This document shows positions 39,516-48,991 of a stretch of DNA of 64,000 nt, piece after piece. Location: positions 64,001 to 128,000 of the forward strand of contig CAVZRV010000015.1 in the NCBI GenBank assembly GCA_963777605.1. The letters run 5' to 3'. This DNA comes from an uncultured Acidobacteriota bacterium. Its GTDB lineage: Bacteria; Acidobacteriota; UBA6911; RPQK01; JAPXNP01. Position 1 is the stretch's first letter. Each line of letters opens with the position of its first letter. The position numbers were made by a program, and so were the translations under genes. The notes beneath the pieces were generated by a model, which saw only the letters and a list, made by a program, of their open reading frames with translations, made no database searches and was not told the DNA's origin.

Positions 39516-40904
39516 ATGGCGGCGGAAAGCGGCAAGAGCGTCCAACTCAAGCGGGTCCTTCGATTGCGGGACCTGGTGATCTACGGGATCATCCTGATCC
39601 AACCGGTGGCCGCGCTTCCACTGTTCGGGCACGCCAACGAGATTTCCCGGGGCCACGCGGTCACGACAATAGCCCTGTCCATGCTGGCCATGTTGTTCAC
39701 CGCTGTCAGCTATGGGCGCATGGCGGCGCGCTATCCGGCCGCGGGTTCGGCTTACACCTACGTGGGGAAGGAGCTGAGTCCGCACCTCGGCTTCGTGGCC
39801 GGTTGGTGCATGTTCATGGACTACCTGCTGGTCCCGATCCTCTGTGTGATCTTCACCTCGATTGCCGCTCACCACCTGATGCCCCTTGTTCCCTACTCGA
39901 TCTGGGTACTGGGTTTCGCCGCGGGGTTCACAATTCTAAACCTGCGAGGAATCAGGGTAACCGCCCGTGCCAACTGGATCCTGATGATCTTCATGAGCGC
40001 AGTCGTGTTTTACTTCATGGGTGCCGCTGCCCGGTTTGTGCTCGTCGAGCGGGGCGTCTCGGGCCTCTTCACCACCCAACCCTTCTACGACGCGGCGACC
40101 TTCGAGTGGAGTGCGGTCTGGTCCGGGACCGCGCTGGCCGCACTGACTTACATTGGGTTCGATGGCTTGACGACCCTTTCGGAGGAGGTGGAAAATCCAC
40201 GCCGCAACGTCATGATCGCCGCCGTGCTGACCTGCCTGATCACCGGGATCTGGAGCGGCGCCCAAGTCTACCTGGCGCAGGTGGCCTGGCCCGACTGGCA
40301 GTCGATGACGGCCGGGATCACCGACGAGGCCGCGCGGATCAACGCTCTCGACACCGCCATCATTGTCGTGGCAAAGCGTATCGGGGGAGAACTCCTCGAT
40401 CACGTCCTTGCGTTCACATTGATTTTGGGAAGTGTCGGCTCGGGCGTGACCGCACAGGTCGGGGCCGCGCGACTGCTCTACGGGATGGGACGAGACCAGG
40501 TTCTTCCCGGACGATTCTTCGGGCACCTGGACCCCAGGACCGCGAACCCCTCTTACAACCTTTGGCTGATCGGCATCCTTGCCCTCGGGGGCGCTCTCGC
40601 ACTCAACTACGAGGAATGTGCACGGCTGATCAACTTTGGGGCTTTCCTGGCCTTCATGGGAGTGAACCTGGCTTCTCTCCGGGCCGGCTTCTTCGGTGCA
40701 ACTCAGAAAAACGCCCGGGGTTTCTTTCTCCACTTTCTGCCTCCCGCCATCGGGTTGGTTTTCTCTCTGGTGATCTGGCTCAGCCTGCCCCTGAAGACCT
40801 TCGTGGTCGGGGGAATCTGGATGGCGGCCGGAGTCGCTTACCTGGCCGTCCGAACCCGGGGCTTCCGCCGCCAGATCGAAATGACCGCCTTCTTCGAAGG
40901 CTAG
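39516..40904 (+). CDS. APC family amino acid/polyamine permease (PuuP/PlaP-like)
   Basis: LKRVLRLRDLV, GSAYTY, GWCMFMDY, YIGFDGLTTLSEE and ARLLYGMGRD motifs; about 12 TM segments. Confidence 0.9.
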   Translation: MAAESGKSVQLKRVLRLRDLVIYGIILIQPVAALPLFGHANEISRGHAVTTIALSMLAMLFTAVSYGRMAARYPAAGSAYTYVGKELSPHLGFVAGWCMFMDYLLVPILCVIFTSIAAHHLMPLVPYSIWVLGFAAGFTILNLRGIRVTARANWILMIFMSAVVFYFMGAAARFVLVERGVSGLFTTQPFYDAATFEWSAVWSGTALAALTYIGFDGLTTLSEEVENPRRNVMIAAVLTCLITGIWSGAQVYLAQVAWPDWQSMTAGITDEAARINALDTAIIVVAKRIGGELLDHVLAFTLILGSVGSGVTAQVGAARLLYGMGRDQVLPGRFFGHLDPRTANPSYNLWLIGILALGGALALNYEECARLINFGAFLAFMGVNLASLRAGFFGATQKNARGFFLHFLPPAIGLVFSLVIWLSLPLKTFVVGGIWMAAGVAYLAVRTRGFRRQIEMTAFFEG

Positions 40905-40933
40905 CGGTCCGTATTTTGGGAACGGACCACTGG
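40901..40933. repeat. Mini inverted-repeat element, copy 2 (CTAG-CGGTCCGTA-TTTTGGG-AACGGACCA-CTGG)
   Basis: Matches 23448-23478. Its CTAG supplies the TAG stop of the APC permease gene. Confidence 0.7.
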
Positions 40934-40989
40934 TGTCTTGAGCCAGGCGCACTTGCTTATTGGGCCGAATCTGAGAAAGATAGTGTCCC

Positions 40990-43278
40990 ATGAAATGCCA
41001 GCAGTCTTTCGTCCGGCGTGGATTGCAGTTCGTCGTGGCCTGGTGCGTAGGCGCAACCGCTGCGGGTGCAACGCTGATTGACCCTGCGGTCGAGAAGAAG
41101 ATCGACGGACTCCTCAATAAGATGACGCTCGAAGAGAAGATCGGGCAACTGAATCAGTACAGCAGCACCTTCGATGTCACGGGTCCGGCTCCCGAATCGG
41201 GAGCTGACCTGGAACGCTACAGCCAGATCCGCCAGGGATTGGTCGGCTCCCTGCTCAACGTGGTCGGAGCCGAGGCAACCAGAAAGGCACAGTCGCTCGC
41301 GGTTGAAAACAGTCGCCTGGGCATCCCGCTCATCTTTGGCCTCGACGTCATTCACGGCTATCGTACGATGTTCCCGATCCCACTCGGCGAAACGGCCAGT
41401 TGGGACCTGGAAGCGATCGAAAAGTCCGCCCGCATCGCGGCGACCGAAGCAGCCGCAGCCGGCATTCAATGGACCTTTGCCCCGATGGTCGATATCTGCC
41501 GCGATGGCCGCTGGGGCCGGATTATGGAGGGAGCCGGAGAGGATCCCTATTTGGGCTCACAGGTTGCAACCGCCCGGGTGCGAGGATTACAGGGTGACGA
41601 TCTTTCCGCAGTCGACACGATCGCTTCCTGCGTCAAACATTACGCCGCCTACGGATTCGCTGAGGCCGGGCGCGATTACAACACGGTGGAGATCTCGGAA
41701 AACACGCTCAGAAACATCGTCTTGCCGCCGTTCAAGGCGGCGGTCAACACCGGGGCCGTTACCGTGATGAATTCATTCAACGACCTCAACGGCACTCCGG
41801 CTACGGCCAGTTCCCAACTCCAGCGAGATATTCTCAAGGGCGACTGGGGATTCGAGGGTTTCGTGGTGTCCGACTGGGGTTCAATCGGTGAACTCATTCC
41901 CCAGGGTGTCGCCCCAAATCTCAAGGAAGCGGCCTTCCTGGCGATGACCGCGGGAAGCGACATGGACATGGAGTCCGACGCCTACCTGCAATACCTCGCC
42001 GAACTGGTTCGGGCCGGGAGGGTTGACGAATGCCTCATCGACGAAGCGGTGCGCAGGGTCCTGCGGGTGAAATTCGCCCTCGGTCTATTCGATGATCCCT
42101 ACCGCTACTGCAATCCCGACCGCGAGCGCAGCTCTATTTTGAACGACGGGCACCTGGCCGTATCCAGGGACGTGGCACGCAAGTCGATCGTGCTCCTCAA
42201 GAACGAAAAAGGGCTTCTCCCGATCTCGAAGGAGGTCCGGACTATCGCCGTCATCGGCCCGTTGGCGGACAGCAAGGACATCCCTCTGGGAAGTTGGCGG
42301 GCGCAGGCTATCGACAACTCGGCCGTCTCCCTTCTCGAAGGAATCCAGGCTGCCGTCTCTCCGGGCACCCGTGTCCTCCACGAAGTAGGGGCACCGCTGA
42401 CGGTCGGCGAGCGAAGTTTTCTGATGCCGCTGACGTTCAACACTTCCGACCGGAGTGGTTTCCCTGCCGCGATCGAGGCCGCCCGGAAAGCCGATGTGGT
42501 AGTGATGGCGGTGGGAGAAGACGCTTTTCAGACGGGAGAGGGCCGCAGCCAGGCGGATATCGGTCTGAAGGGCCTGCAAAACGAGTTGGTGCAGGCCGTG
42601 TACAAGGCAAACCCCAACGTGGTGATCGCCCTGATGAACGGCCGACCCCTGACGATCAACTGGATCGCCGAAAACGCGCCGGCTGTCGTGGAGGCCTGGC
42701 ACCTGGGGTCTCAGGCAGGTCACGCCATCGCGGACGTTCTCTTCGGTGACTACAATCCTTCGGGCAAGTTACCGGTTTCGTTTCCCCGTGCGGTGGGACA
42801 ATTGCCTCTCTACTACAATCACATGAACACCGGGCGCCCCGGTCCCCAGCCGAACGTGTTCTGGTCCCACTACACCGACGTCCCGAATACTCCCCAGTAC
42901 CCGTTCGGTTACGGATTGAGCTACACCACTTTCGGTTACTCTGAAATCCGGTTGAGCTCCACGGTCGTCCACCTGGACGGAGACCTGCAAGTCTCCGTTA
43001 CGGTGTCAAACACCGGCTCGCACCCCGGCACCGAGGTCGTCCAACTCTACGTTCAGGACCTGGTGGGGACGGTTACCCGCCCGGTGAAAGAACTCAAGGG
43101 TTTCCAGAGGGTCACCCTGAAGGCCGGAGAATCGAAAGAGATCGCGTTCCGGTTGACCCCGGACGATCTGTCGTTTTTCAACGGGGAAGGAACCTGGGCG
43201 GCCGAACCCGGCCATTTCAAGGTTTTCGTGGGAACCAACTCACGCGATGTCAAGGAAGCCGCCTTCACTTTGAGATAG
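40990..43278 (+). CDS. bglX: Periplasmic GH3 beta-glucosidase
   Basis: MTLEEKIGQL, DVIHG, RWGRIMEG, KHYA, VVSDW (nucleophile), NPSGKLP and EVVQLY (Fn3) motifs. Confidence 0.93.
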   Translation: MKCQQSFVRRGLQFVVAWCVGATAAGATLIDPAVEKKIDGLLNKMTLEEKIGQLNQYSSTFDVTGPAPESGADLERYSQIRQGLVGSLLNVVGAEATRKAQSLAVENSRLGIPLIFGLDVIHGYRTMFPIPLGETASWDLEAIEKSARIAATEAAAAGIQWTFAPMVDICRDGRWGRIMEGAGEDPYLGSQVATARVRGLQGDDLSAVDTIASCVKHYAAYGFAEAGRDYNTVEISENTLRNIVLPPFKAAVNTGAVTVMNSFNDLNGTPATASSQLQRDILKGDWGFEGFVVSDWGSIGELIPQGVAPNLKEAAFLAMTAGSDMDMESDAYLQYLAELVRAGRVDECLIDEAVRRVLRVKFALGLFDDPYRYCNPDRERSSILNDGHLAVSRDVARKSIVLLKNEKGLLPISKEVRTIAVIGPLADSKDIPLGSWRAQAIDNSAVSLLEGIQAAVSPGTRVLHEVGAPLTVGERSFLMPLTFNTSDRSGFPAAIEAARKADVVVMAVGEDAFQTGEGRSQADIGLKGLQNELVQAVYKANPNVVIALMNGRPLTINWIAENAPAVVEAWHLGSQAGHAIADVLFGDYNPSGKLPVSFPRAVGQLPLYYNHMNTGRPGPQPNVFWSHYTDVPNTPQYPFGYGLSYTTFGYSEIRLSSTVVHLDGDLQVSVTVSNTGSHPGTEVVQLYVQDLVGTVTRPVKELKGFQRVTLKAGESKEIAFRLTPDDLSFFNGEGTWAAEPGHFKVFVGTNSRDVKEAAFTLR

Positions 43279-43288
43279 GTAGGAACGA

Positions 43289-44647
43289 ATGCTCGAGCGA
43301 CTTGCCGACTGGCACACTACGTTAAACGGATGGGTTTGGGGGCCGTACACAATGTTCCTGCTCCTCGGCACGGGAGTCTACCTCACCATTTTGACGCGCG
43401 GGATTCAGTTCCGGCGTCTCGGCCAGGCCCTCAAAGAGGTGTTCGGCCGCGGTGGGAAGCGATCGGACGAGGCTGGGACGGTTTCGTCGTTTCAGGCAGT
43501 CGCGACCGCCCTGGCATCGACGGTCGGTGTCGGCAACATCGCCGGGGTCGCCACAGCGATCACCCTGGGCGGCCCGGGAGCCCTTTTCTGGCTCATCGTC
43601 TCGGGCCTGGTCGGGATGGCGACAAAGTTCTCTGAAATCGTTCTCGCAATCGAGTATCGAGAAACTGACGACTCCGGCACGTTCCGGGGAGGCCCGATGT
43701 ACGTCTTGCGCCGCCTGGGACTCCCCTGGCTCGGCACGATTTTCGCGCTGCTTACCGCCCTGGCCGCCTTGGGAATCGGGAACATGGTCCAGGCCAACAG
43801 CGTGGCCGAGTCGCTTCGAGTCACTTTCAATCTCGACAGCCGCATCGCTGGGGTCATCATCGTCGTCCTCGTCGGAGCCGTCATCCTCGGCGGGATCCGG
43901 AGGATCGTCGAGGTCACCCAGTTGCTCGTTCCGTTCATGTGTATCAGCTACCTGGTGGGCGCCTTCGTGATTCTGGTTCGCTTTGCCGACCGGATCCCTG
44001 AGACGGTCTGGCTCGTCCTCAACTCGGCCTTCACCGGGCACGCAGCCGTGGGAGGCTTCGCGGGAGCCGCCGTCATGCAGGCAGTCCGCTTCGGGATCGC
44101 GCGGGGACTGTTCAGCAACGAAGCCGGACTCGGGAGTGCTCCGATCGTGCACGCAACGGCGAAGACCGACCATTCGGTCCGCCAGGGCTTTTACGGCCTC
44201 TTCGAAGTCTTTGTCGACACGGTGCTGGTGTGTACCACGACCGGGCTGGTTGTCCTCGTCACGGGCGAATGGCTCAACGGGGAAACCGGCGCCGCCCTGT
44301 CAGCCAGGGCTTTCGAAACGGGCCTGCCCGGGTTCTGGGGCGACGCTATCGTAACAACAGGGATCACGCTGTTCGCCTATTCCACCATCCTGGGCTGGTC
44401 GTTCTACGGCGAAACCGCCGCCAGTTATCTCTTCGGGACCCGGGTCATCTTGCCGTACCGATTGCTCTGGCTGGTTTTCGTCTACCTGGGGGCCACCGGG
44501 TCCCTTCACGTGATCTGGAGCGTTTCAGACACCATGAACGGGCTCATGGCGATTCCGAACCTGATCGCCCTCCTCCTCTCCGGCGCCGTCATTCGGGGCG
44601 CAATCAAGAGTTTCGAGGTCAAAGAAGGTGCCCGTTCAGTCGAATGA
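43289..44647 (+). CDS. Sodium:alanine/glycine symporter (AGCS/AlsT family)
   Basis: TVGVGNIAGVA, GGPGALFW, GGPMY, RGLFSNEAGLGS and EVFVDT motifs. Confidence 0.93.
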   Translation: MLERLADWHTTLNGWVWGPYTMFLLLGTGVYLTILTRGIQFRRLGQALKEVFGRGGKRSDEAGTVSSFQAVATALASTVGVGNIAGVATAITLGGPGALFWLIVSGLVGMATKFSEIVLAIEYRETDDSGTFRGGPMYVLRRLGLPWLGTIFALLTALAALGIGNMVQANSVAESLRVTFNLDSRIAGVIIVVLVGAVILGGIRRIVEVTQLLVPFMCISYLVGAFVILVRFADRIPETVWLVLNSAFTGHAAVGGFAGAAVMQAVRFGIARGLFSNEAGLGSAPIVHATAKTDHSVRQGFYGLFEVFVDTVLVCTTTGLVVLVTGEWLNGETGAALSARAFETGLPGFWGDAIVTTGITLFAYSTILGWSFYGETAASYLFGTRVILPYRLLWLVFVYLGATGSLHVIWSVSDTMNGLMAIPNLIALLLSGAVIRGAIKSFEVKEGARSVE

Positions 44648-44724
44648 GTTCAGAATGGTGATCCGTCGAGCCGAACCGATTCCCTGGGCCGGCTCGGATC
44701 GGGTTTCCAGGGAGGTATTCCAGA

Positions 44725-46428
44725 ATGAAACTACGGGCAGCATTCGTTTCGTTTGCCATCACTCTCCTCGCGCTGTCAGCGTCCTGGACGGGATGTTCCT
44801 TTCAGCCCAAATACGACGTCATCCTTCGGGGAGGGACCCTTTACGACGGAACCGGACAGGATCCCGTGACCACGGACATTGCTTTCAACGGCGATAAGAT
44901 CGCCGCCATTGGCGACCTCTCGGGAGCTCGCGCCAATCAGGAAATCAATGCCACAGGACTGGCTGTCGCCCCGGGATTCATCAACATGATGTGCTGGGCC
45001 AACGAGTCTTTGATCGCGGACGGACGCTCCCAGAGTGACATTCGCCAGGGAGTCACCCTGGAAGTCATGGGTGAAGGCGATTCGATGGGGCCTCTCAACG
45101 AGCGGATGCGGGAACAGATGGTTCAGGATCAGGGCGACATCAAGTACGACGTCACCTGGACCACGCTGGACGAATACCTGAAACATCTCGAAAAGCGCGG
45201 AGTCTCCCCCAACGTGGCCTCCTTTGTCGGGGCGGCCACGCCCAGGATCTACGTTATCGGCTACGACGACAGGCCGGCAACGCCGGAAGAACTCGAACGG
45301 ATGCAGGACCTGGTGCGACAGGCCATAAAGGAAGGGGCCCTCGGGGTCGCCTCCTCGCTCGTCTACCCGCCTGGTTTCTTCGCATCTACGGAGGAACTGA
45401 TCGCCCTCGCAAAGGTGTCGGCCGAGTCAGACGGCATTTACATTTCTCACCTGCGCAGCGAGGGGGACGAACTCATCGAGGCGGCACAGGAGTTTCTCCA
45501 AATTGCCCGGGAGTCGGGAGCTCGCTCCGAGATCTATCACCTGAAGGCAGCGGGGCGGTCCAACTGGCCAAAACTGGATCAAGTGATCCAGTTGGTCGAA
45601 GCGGCCCAGGCAGAAGGCCTGAAGATCACGGCAGACGTCTACACCTATCCGGCCAGTTCTACCGGTCTTTTGTCTTCCCTGCCCCCCTGGGTCCAGGACG
45701 GCGGGTTTGAGGCTGCCGTCACCCGGCTCAAGGATCCGGCGACGAGAGCGCGGATTGCCCGCGAGATGCTGGAATCGACCACCGGATGGGAGAACATGTA
45801 CCTGCAGGCCGGCTCTCCGGAAAAAATTCTCCTGGTTGGCTTCAAGAACCCTGATCTGAAGCCTTTGACCGGGAAGACGCTCGCCGAAGTGGCAGAACTT
45901 CGCGGCAAGTCACCCGAAGAGACTGCCATGGACCTGATCGTTGAGGACGACAGCCGCATCGACACAGTCTACTTCTCCCAGTCGGAAGAGAACCTGCGCA
46001 AGAAGATCGCCCTGCCCTGGGTCGGGTTCTGTTCCGACGCTGCCTCGCTGGCCCCCGAAGGCGTTTTTCTGCAGTCGAGCACCCACCCCCGAGCCTACGG
46101 AAGCTTCGCCCGGGTTCTCGGCAAGTTCACCCGGGATGAGAAGATTTTGACGCTCGAGGATGCCGTCCGGAAACTGGCCGGCCTGCCTGCCGTGACCCTG
46201 AAATTGGATCGGAGAGGATTTCTGAGAGAGGGCTACTACGCCGACGTGGTGGTGTTCGACCCGGCGACGATCCAGGATCACGCGACCTTTGAACAACCGC
46301 ATCAGTACGCGACGGGGATGATTCATGTTTTTGTGAACGGTGTCCAGGTCCTCAATGACGGGGAGCACACCGGGGCAAAGCCGGGACGGGTCGTTCGGGG
46401 CCCCGGCTGGGCCCAACCTGCGCAGTAG
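44725..46428 (+). CDS. N-acyl-D-amino-acid deacylase (D-aminoacylase), probable lipoprotein
   Basis: Lipobox WTGC; APGFIN, QGVT, SHLRSE, YHLK, CSD, HPRAYG and G-ADVVVFD motifs. Confidence 0.9.
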   Translation: MKLRAAFVSFAITLLALSASWTGCSFQPKYDVILRGGTLYDGTGQDPVTTDIAFNGDKIAAIGDLSGARANQEINATGLAVAPGFINMMCWANESLIADGRSQSDIRQGVTLEVMGEGDSMGPLNERMREQMVQDQGDIKYDVTWTTLDEYLKHLEKRGVSPNVASFVGAATPRIYVIGYDDRPATPEELERMQDLVRQAIKEGALGVASSLVYPPGFFASTEELIALAKVSAESDGIYISHLRSEGDELIEAAQEFLQIARESGARSEIYHLKAAGRSNWPKLDQVIQLVEAAQAEGLKITADVYTYPASSTGLLSSLPPWVQDGGFEAAVTRLKDPATRARIAREMLESTTGWENMYLQAGSPEKILLVGFKNPDLKPLTGKTLAEVAELRGKSPEETAMDLIVEDDSRIDTVYFSQSEENLRKKIALPWVGFCSDAASLAPEGVFLQSSTHPRAYGSFARVLGKFTRDEKILTLEDAVRKLAGLPAVTLKLDRRGFLREGYYADVVVFDPATIQDHATFEQPHQYATGMIHVFVNGVQVLNDGEHTGAKPGRVVRGPGWAQPAQ

Positions 46429-46463
46429 ACGTATTCGACACGGAAGTGGAATGAGGAGGAACG

Positions 46464-48572
46464 ATGTGGCTCAGAATTTTCATCACCTGCATGCTGGGAG
46501 TCTGCGGCTTGAGCTTTGCTGAACAGAGAACAAACCCCCTTCTCAACGAATTCGATACGCCCTTTGGAACGCCACCGTTTGATCGGATCCAAACCGGCGA
46601 TTACCTGCCCGCGTTCGATGCCGGAATCCGGGAGCAGAAGCAGGAAGTGGAATCGATCGTCAACAACGCCGGCGCAGCAACGTTTGAAAACACGATCGAA
46701 GCGCTGGAGTCGAGTGGAGCCATTCTTCGCCGGGTCAGCCAGGTTTTCTACCCGATCAACTCCGCGAACACGAGCGCGGAGATCCAGAAAGTTGCCAAAG
46801 AGGTCGCCCCCAGGCTCTCCGCTCATCAAGACAGCATCCTGCTCAACGCCAGACTTTTTCACCGAATCGAACTGCTCCACCAGAATCGCGGTGCCCTGGA
46901 CCTGGATCCCGAGCAGGCAAGACTGCTGGAAGAAACCTACAAGGACTTCGTCAGGGGTGGAGCACGGCTCGAGGAAGCGAGCAAGGAGCAGTTGCGGACG
47001 ATCAACCAGGAACTGTCCGTACTGTCGGTCCAGTTCGGGCAGAACGTCCTGAAGGAAACCAACGACTTTTCCCTGGTCCTGGATAAGGAGTCCGACCTGG
47101 CCGGATTGCCGGCCGCGGTCATTGAAGGCGCGGCGGAAGCAGCCAGGGAGAAAGGCAGGGCCGGGAAATGGGCTTTCACTCTCGACAAGCCCAGCCTGAT
47201 TCCGTTCCTCCAGTACTCCCAAAAGCGCGACCTGCGGGAGCGTCTCTTTCGGGCCTATATCAACCGGGGCGACAACCGCAACGACAGTGACAACAACAGC
47301 GTCGTCTCCAGGATTGCATCGTTGAGGGTCCAACGGGCCAATCTTCTCGGCTACCCGGATCACGCATCCTATGTTCTCGAGAACAACATGGCGAAGACGC
47401 CTGCGGCGGTCTACGAACTGCTCGACCGCCTCTGGACTCCTTCCGTTGCCAGGGCCAGGGGAGAGGCCGAAGCGATGCAGGAATTGATCCGGGAGGAGGG
47501 CAATTCGTTCGAACTGCAGCCTTGGGACTGGTGGTACTACGCTGAGAAGATCCGCAAGGAGAAGTACGACCTCGATGACGAGGAACTTCGCCCATACTTC
47601 AAACTGGAGAATGTCCGCCAGGGCGCCTTCGACGTCGCCCATCGCCTTTACGGCATTTCGTTCGAAGAGCGGACCGATCTCCCGCGTTATCACCCCGAAG
47701 TTCGGACGTTCGACGTAAAGGATGCCGATGGCTCTCAACTGGGAATCCTCTACGTCGATTACTTTCCCCGACCCAGCAAGCGGGCCGGCGCCTGGATGAA
47801 TTCATTTCGCAAGGAGTCCCGCGCGGGCGATCGGCGGATTGCTCCGATCGTCAGCAACGTCTGCAACTTTTCCAAGCCGAGCGCGGGCCGGCCGGCCCTG
47901 CTCACGCTGGAGGAGGTGTCAACCCTGTTCCACGAATTCGGGCACGCCCTCCACGGCCTCCTGTCCCAGTGCCGCTATGACAGTCTCTCCGGGACGGCCG
48001 TTCCAAGAGACTTCGTCGAACTCCCGTCACAGATCATGGAGAATTGGGCGACCCATCCAGACGTCATGAAACTCTACGCCCGGCACTTCGAGACCGGAGA
48101 CGTGATCCCCGATTCCCTGGTCGAGAAGATCCGGGCATCCCGGCAATTCAACCAGGGATTCGCGACCGTCGAATATCTGGCGGCCGCCTATCTCGACATG
48201 GACTGGCATACGCTTTCCGACCGGAAGGAACAGGATGCGCGGACGTTCGAGAAGAGGTCCCTGGAAAGGATTGGGCTGATCCCCGAGATCGTAGTCCGGT
48301 ATCGCAGCCCCTACTTCAGCCACATTTTTTCCGGGGGCTACGCAGCCGGCTACTACAGCTACATCTGGTCGGAGGTGCTGGATGCCGATGCCTTCCGGGC
48401 CTTCGAAGACACTGGCCTTTTCGACCAGGCCACGGCCCGGTCGTTCCGGGAGAACATCCTGGCCCGGGGCGGCAGCGAGGAACCTGCGGTCTTTTACCGC
48501 CGATTCCGCGGTTCCGACCCGACCATCACTCCCCTCCTCGAACGCAAGGGACTGATCGAGTCATCCCGCTGA
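46464..48572 (+). CDS. dcp: M3A peptidase (peptidyl-dipeptidase Dcp), secreted
   Basis: NPLL, GAWM, TLFHEFGHALH, DFVELPSQ and GYAAGYYSY motifs. Confidence 0.92.
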   Translation: MWLRIFITCMLGVCGLSFAEQRTNPLLNEFDTPFGTPPFDRIQTGDYLPAFDAGIREQKQEVESIVNNAGAATFENTIEALESSGAILRRVSQVFYPINSANTSAEIQKVAKEVAPRLSAHQDSILLNARLFHRIELLHQNRGALDLDPEQARLLEETYKDFVRGGARLEEASKEQLRTINQELSVLSVQFGQNVLKETNDFSLVLDKESDLAGLPAAVIEGAAEAAREKGRAGKWAFTLDKPSLIPFLQYSQKRDLRERLFRAYINRGDNRNDSDNNSVVSRIASLRVQRANLLGYPDHASYVLENNMAKTPAAVYELLDRLWTPSVARARGEAEAMQELIREEGNSFELQPWDWWYYAEKIRKEKYDLDDEELRPYFKLENVRQGAFDVAHRLYGISFEERTDLPRYHPEVRTFDVKDADGSQLGILYVDYFPRPSKRAGAWMNSFRKESRAGDRRIAPIVSNVCNFSKPSAGRPALLTLEEVSTLFHEFGHALHGLLSQCRYDSLSGTAVPRDFVELPSQIMENWATHPDVMKLYARHFETGDVIPDSLVEKIRASRQFNQGFATVEYLAAAYLDMDWHTLSDRKEQDARTFEKRSLERIGLIPEIVVRYRSPYFSHIFSGGYAAGYYSYIWSEVLDADAFRAFEDTGLFDQATARSFRENILARGGSEEPAVFYRRFRGSDPTITPLLERKGLIESSR

Positions 48573-48740
48573 CCTGAAACTTCATTTTGGATAAGTTGAA
48601 GAACCTGGACGAATTGGATGCGTCTGGACGGGGATTGAGGCGATCGGTGGAGAGCCAGGGACGCGATTATCGGCTGGATCCTGGTTCCTGGTCAGGAGCC
48701 AGACGTGGATGAGTGAGGATCACGGGATCGGCGCCGGGCG

Positions 48741-48940
48741 GGCCCCTGAAGGGGGCCTGTTTCCAGCCCAGGTATTTGCCTGGGTTCACGGCCCACCCAT
48801 CAAGAATCCAGCCCTGAAAGGGCGGCATACCTCGTCGGACGAGATGAATCCGGGGCGCGACCTTACAGGCTGCAGTCGAAGTGCAGGACCACAGACCAGG
48901 CAAGCCCTGGGCTGAAACCAAGGCGCCAGCGCCAGGCCCA
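48741..48940. repeat. Degenerate REP/REPIN-like composite of GCCCTGAAAGGGC and AGCCCAGG...CCTGGG hairpins
   Basis: GGCCCCTGAAGGGGGCC (48741), AGCCCAGG-N6-CCTGGGTT (48765), GCCCTGAAAGGGC (48811), then a decayed inverted counterpart GCCCTGGGCTGAAA (48904). Confidence 0.55.
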
Positions 48941-48991
48941 GTTTCACTCGTTGAATGATCCGCGTAGACCGCGGGAGTGGGTTGACCGGGA

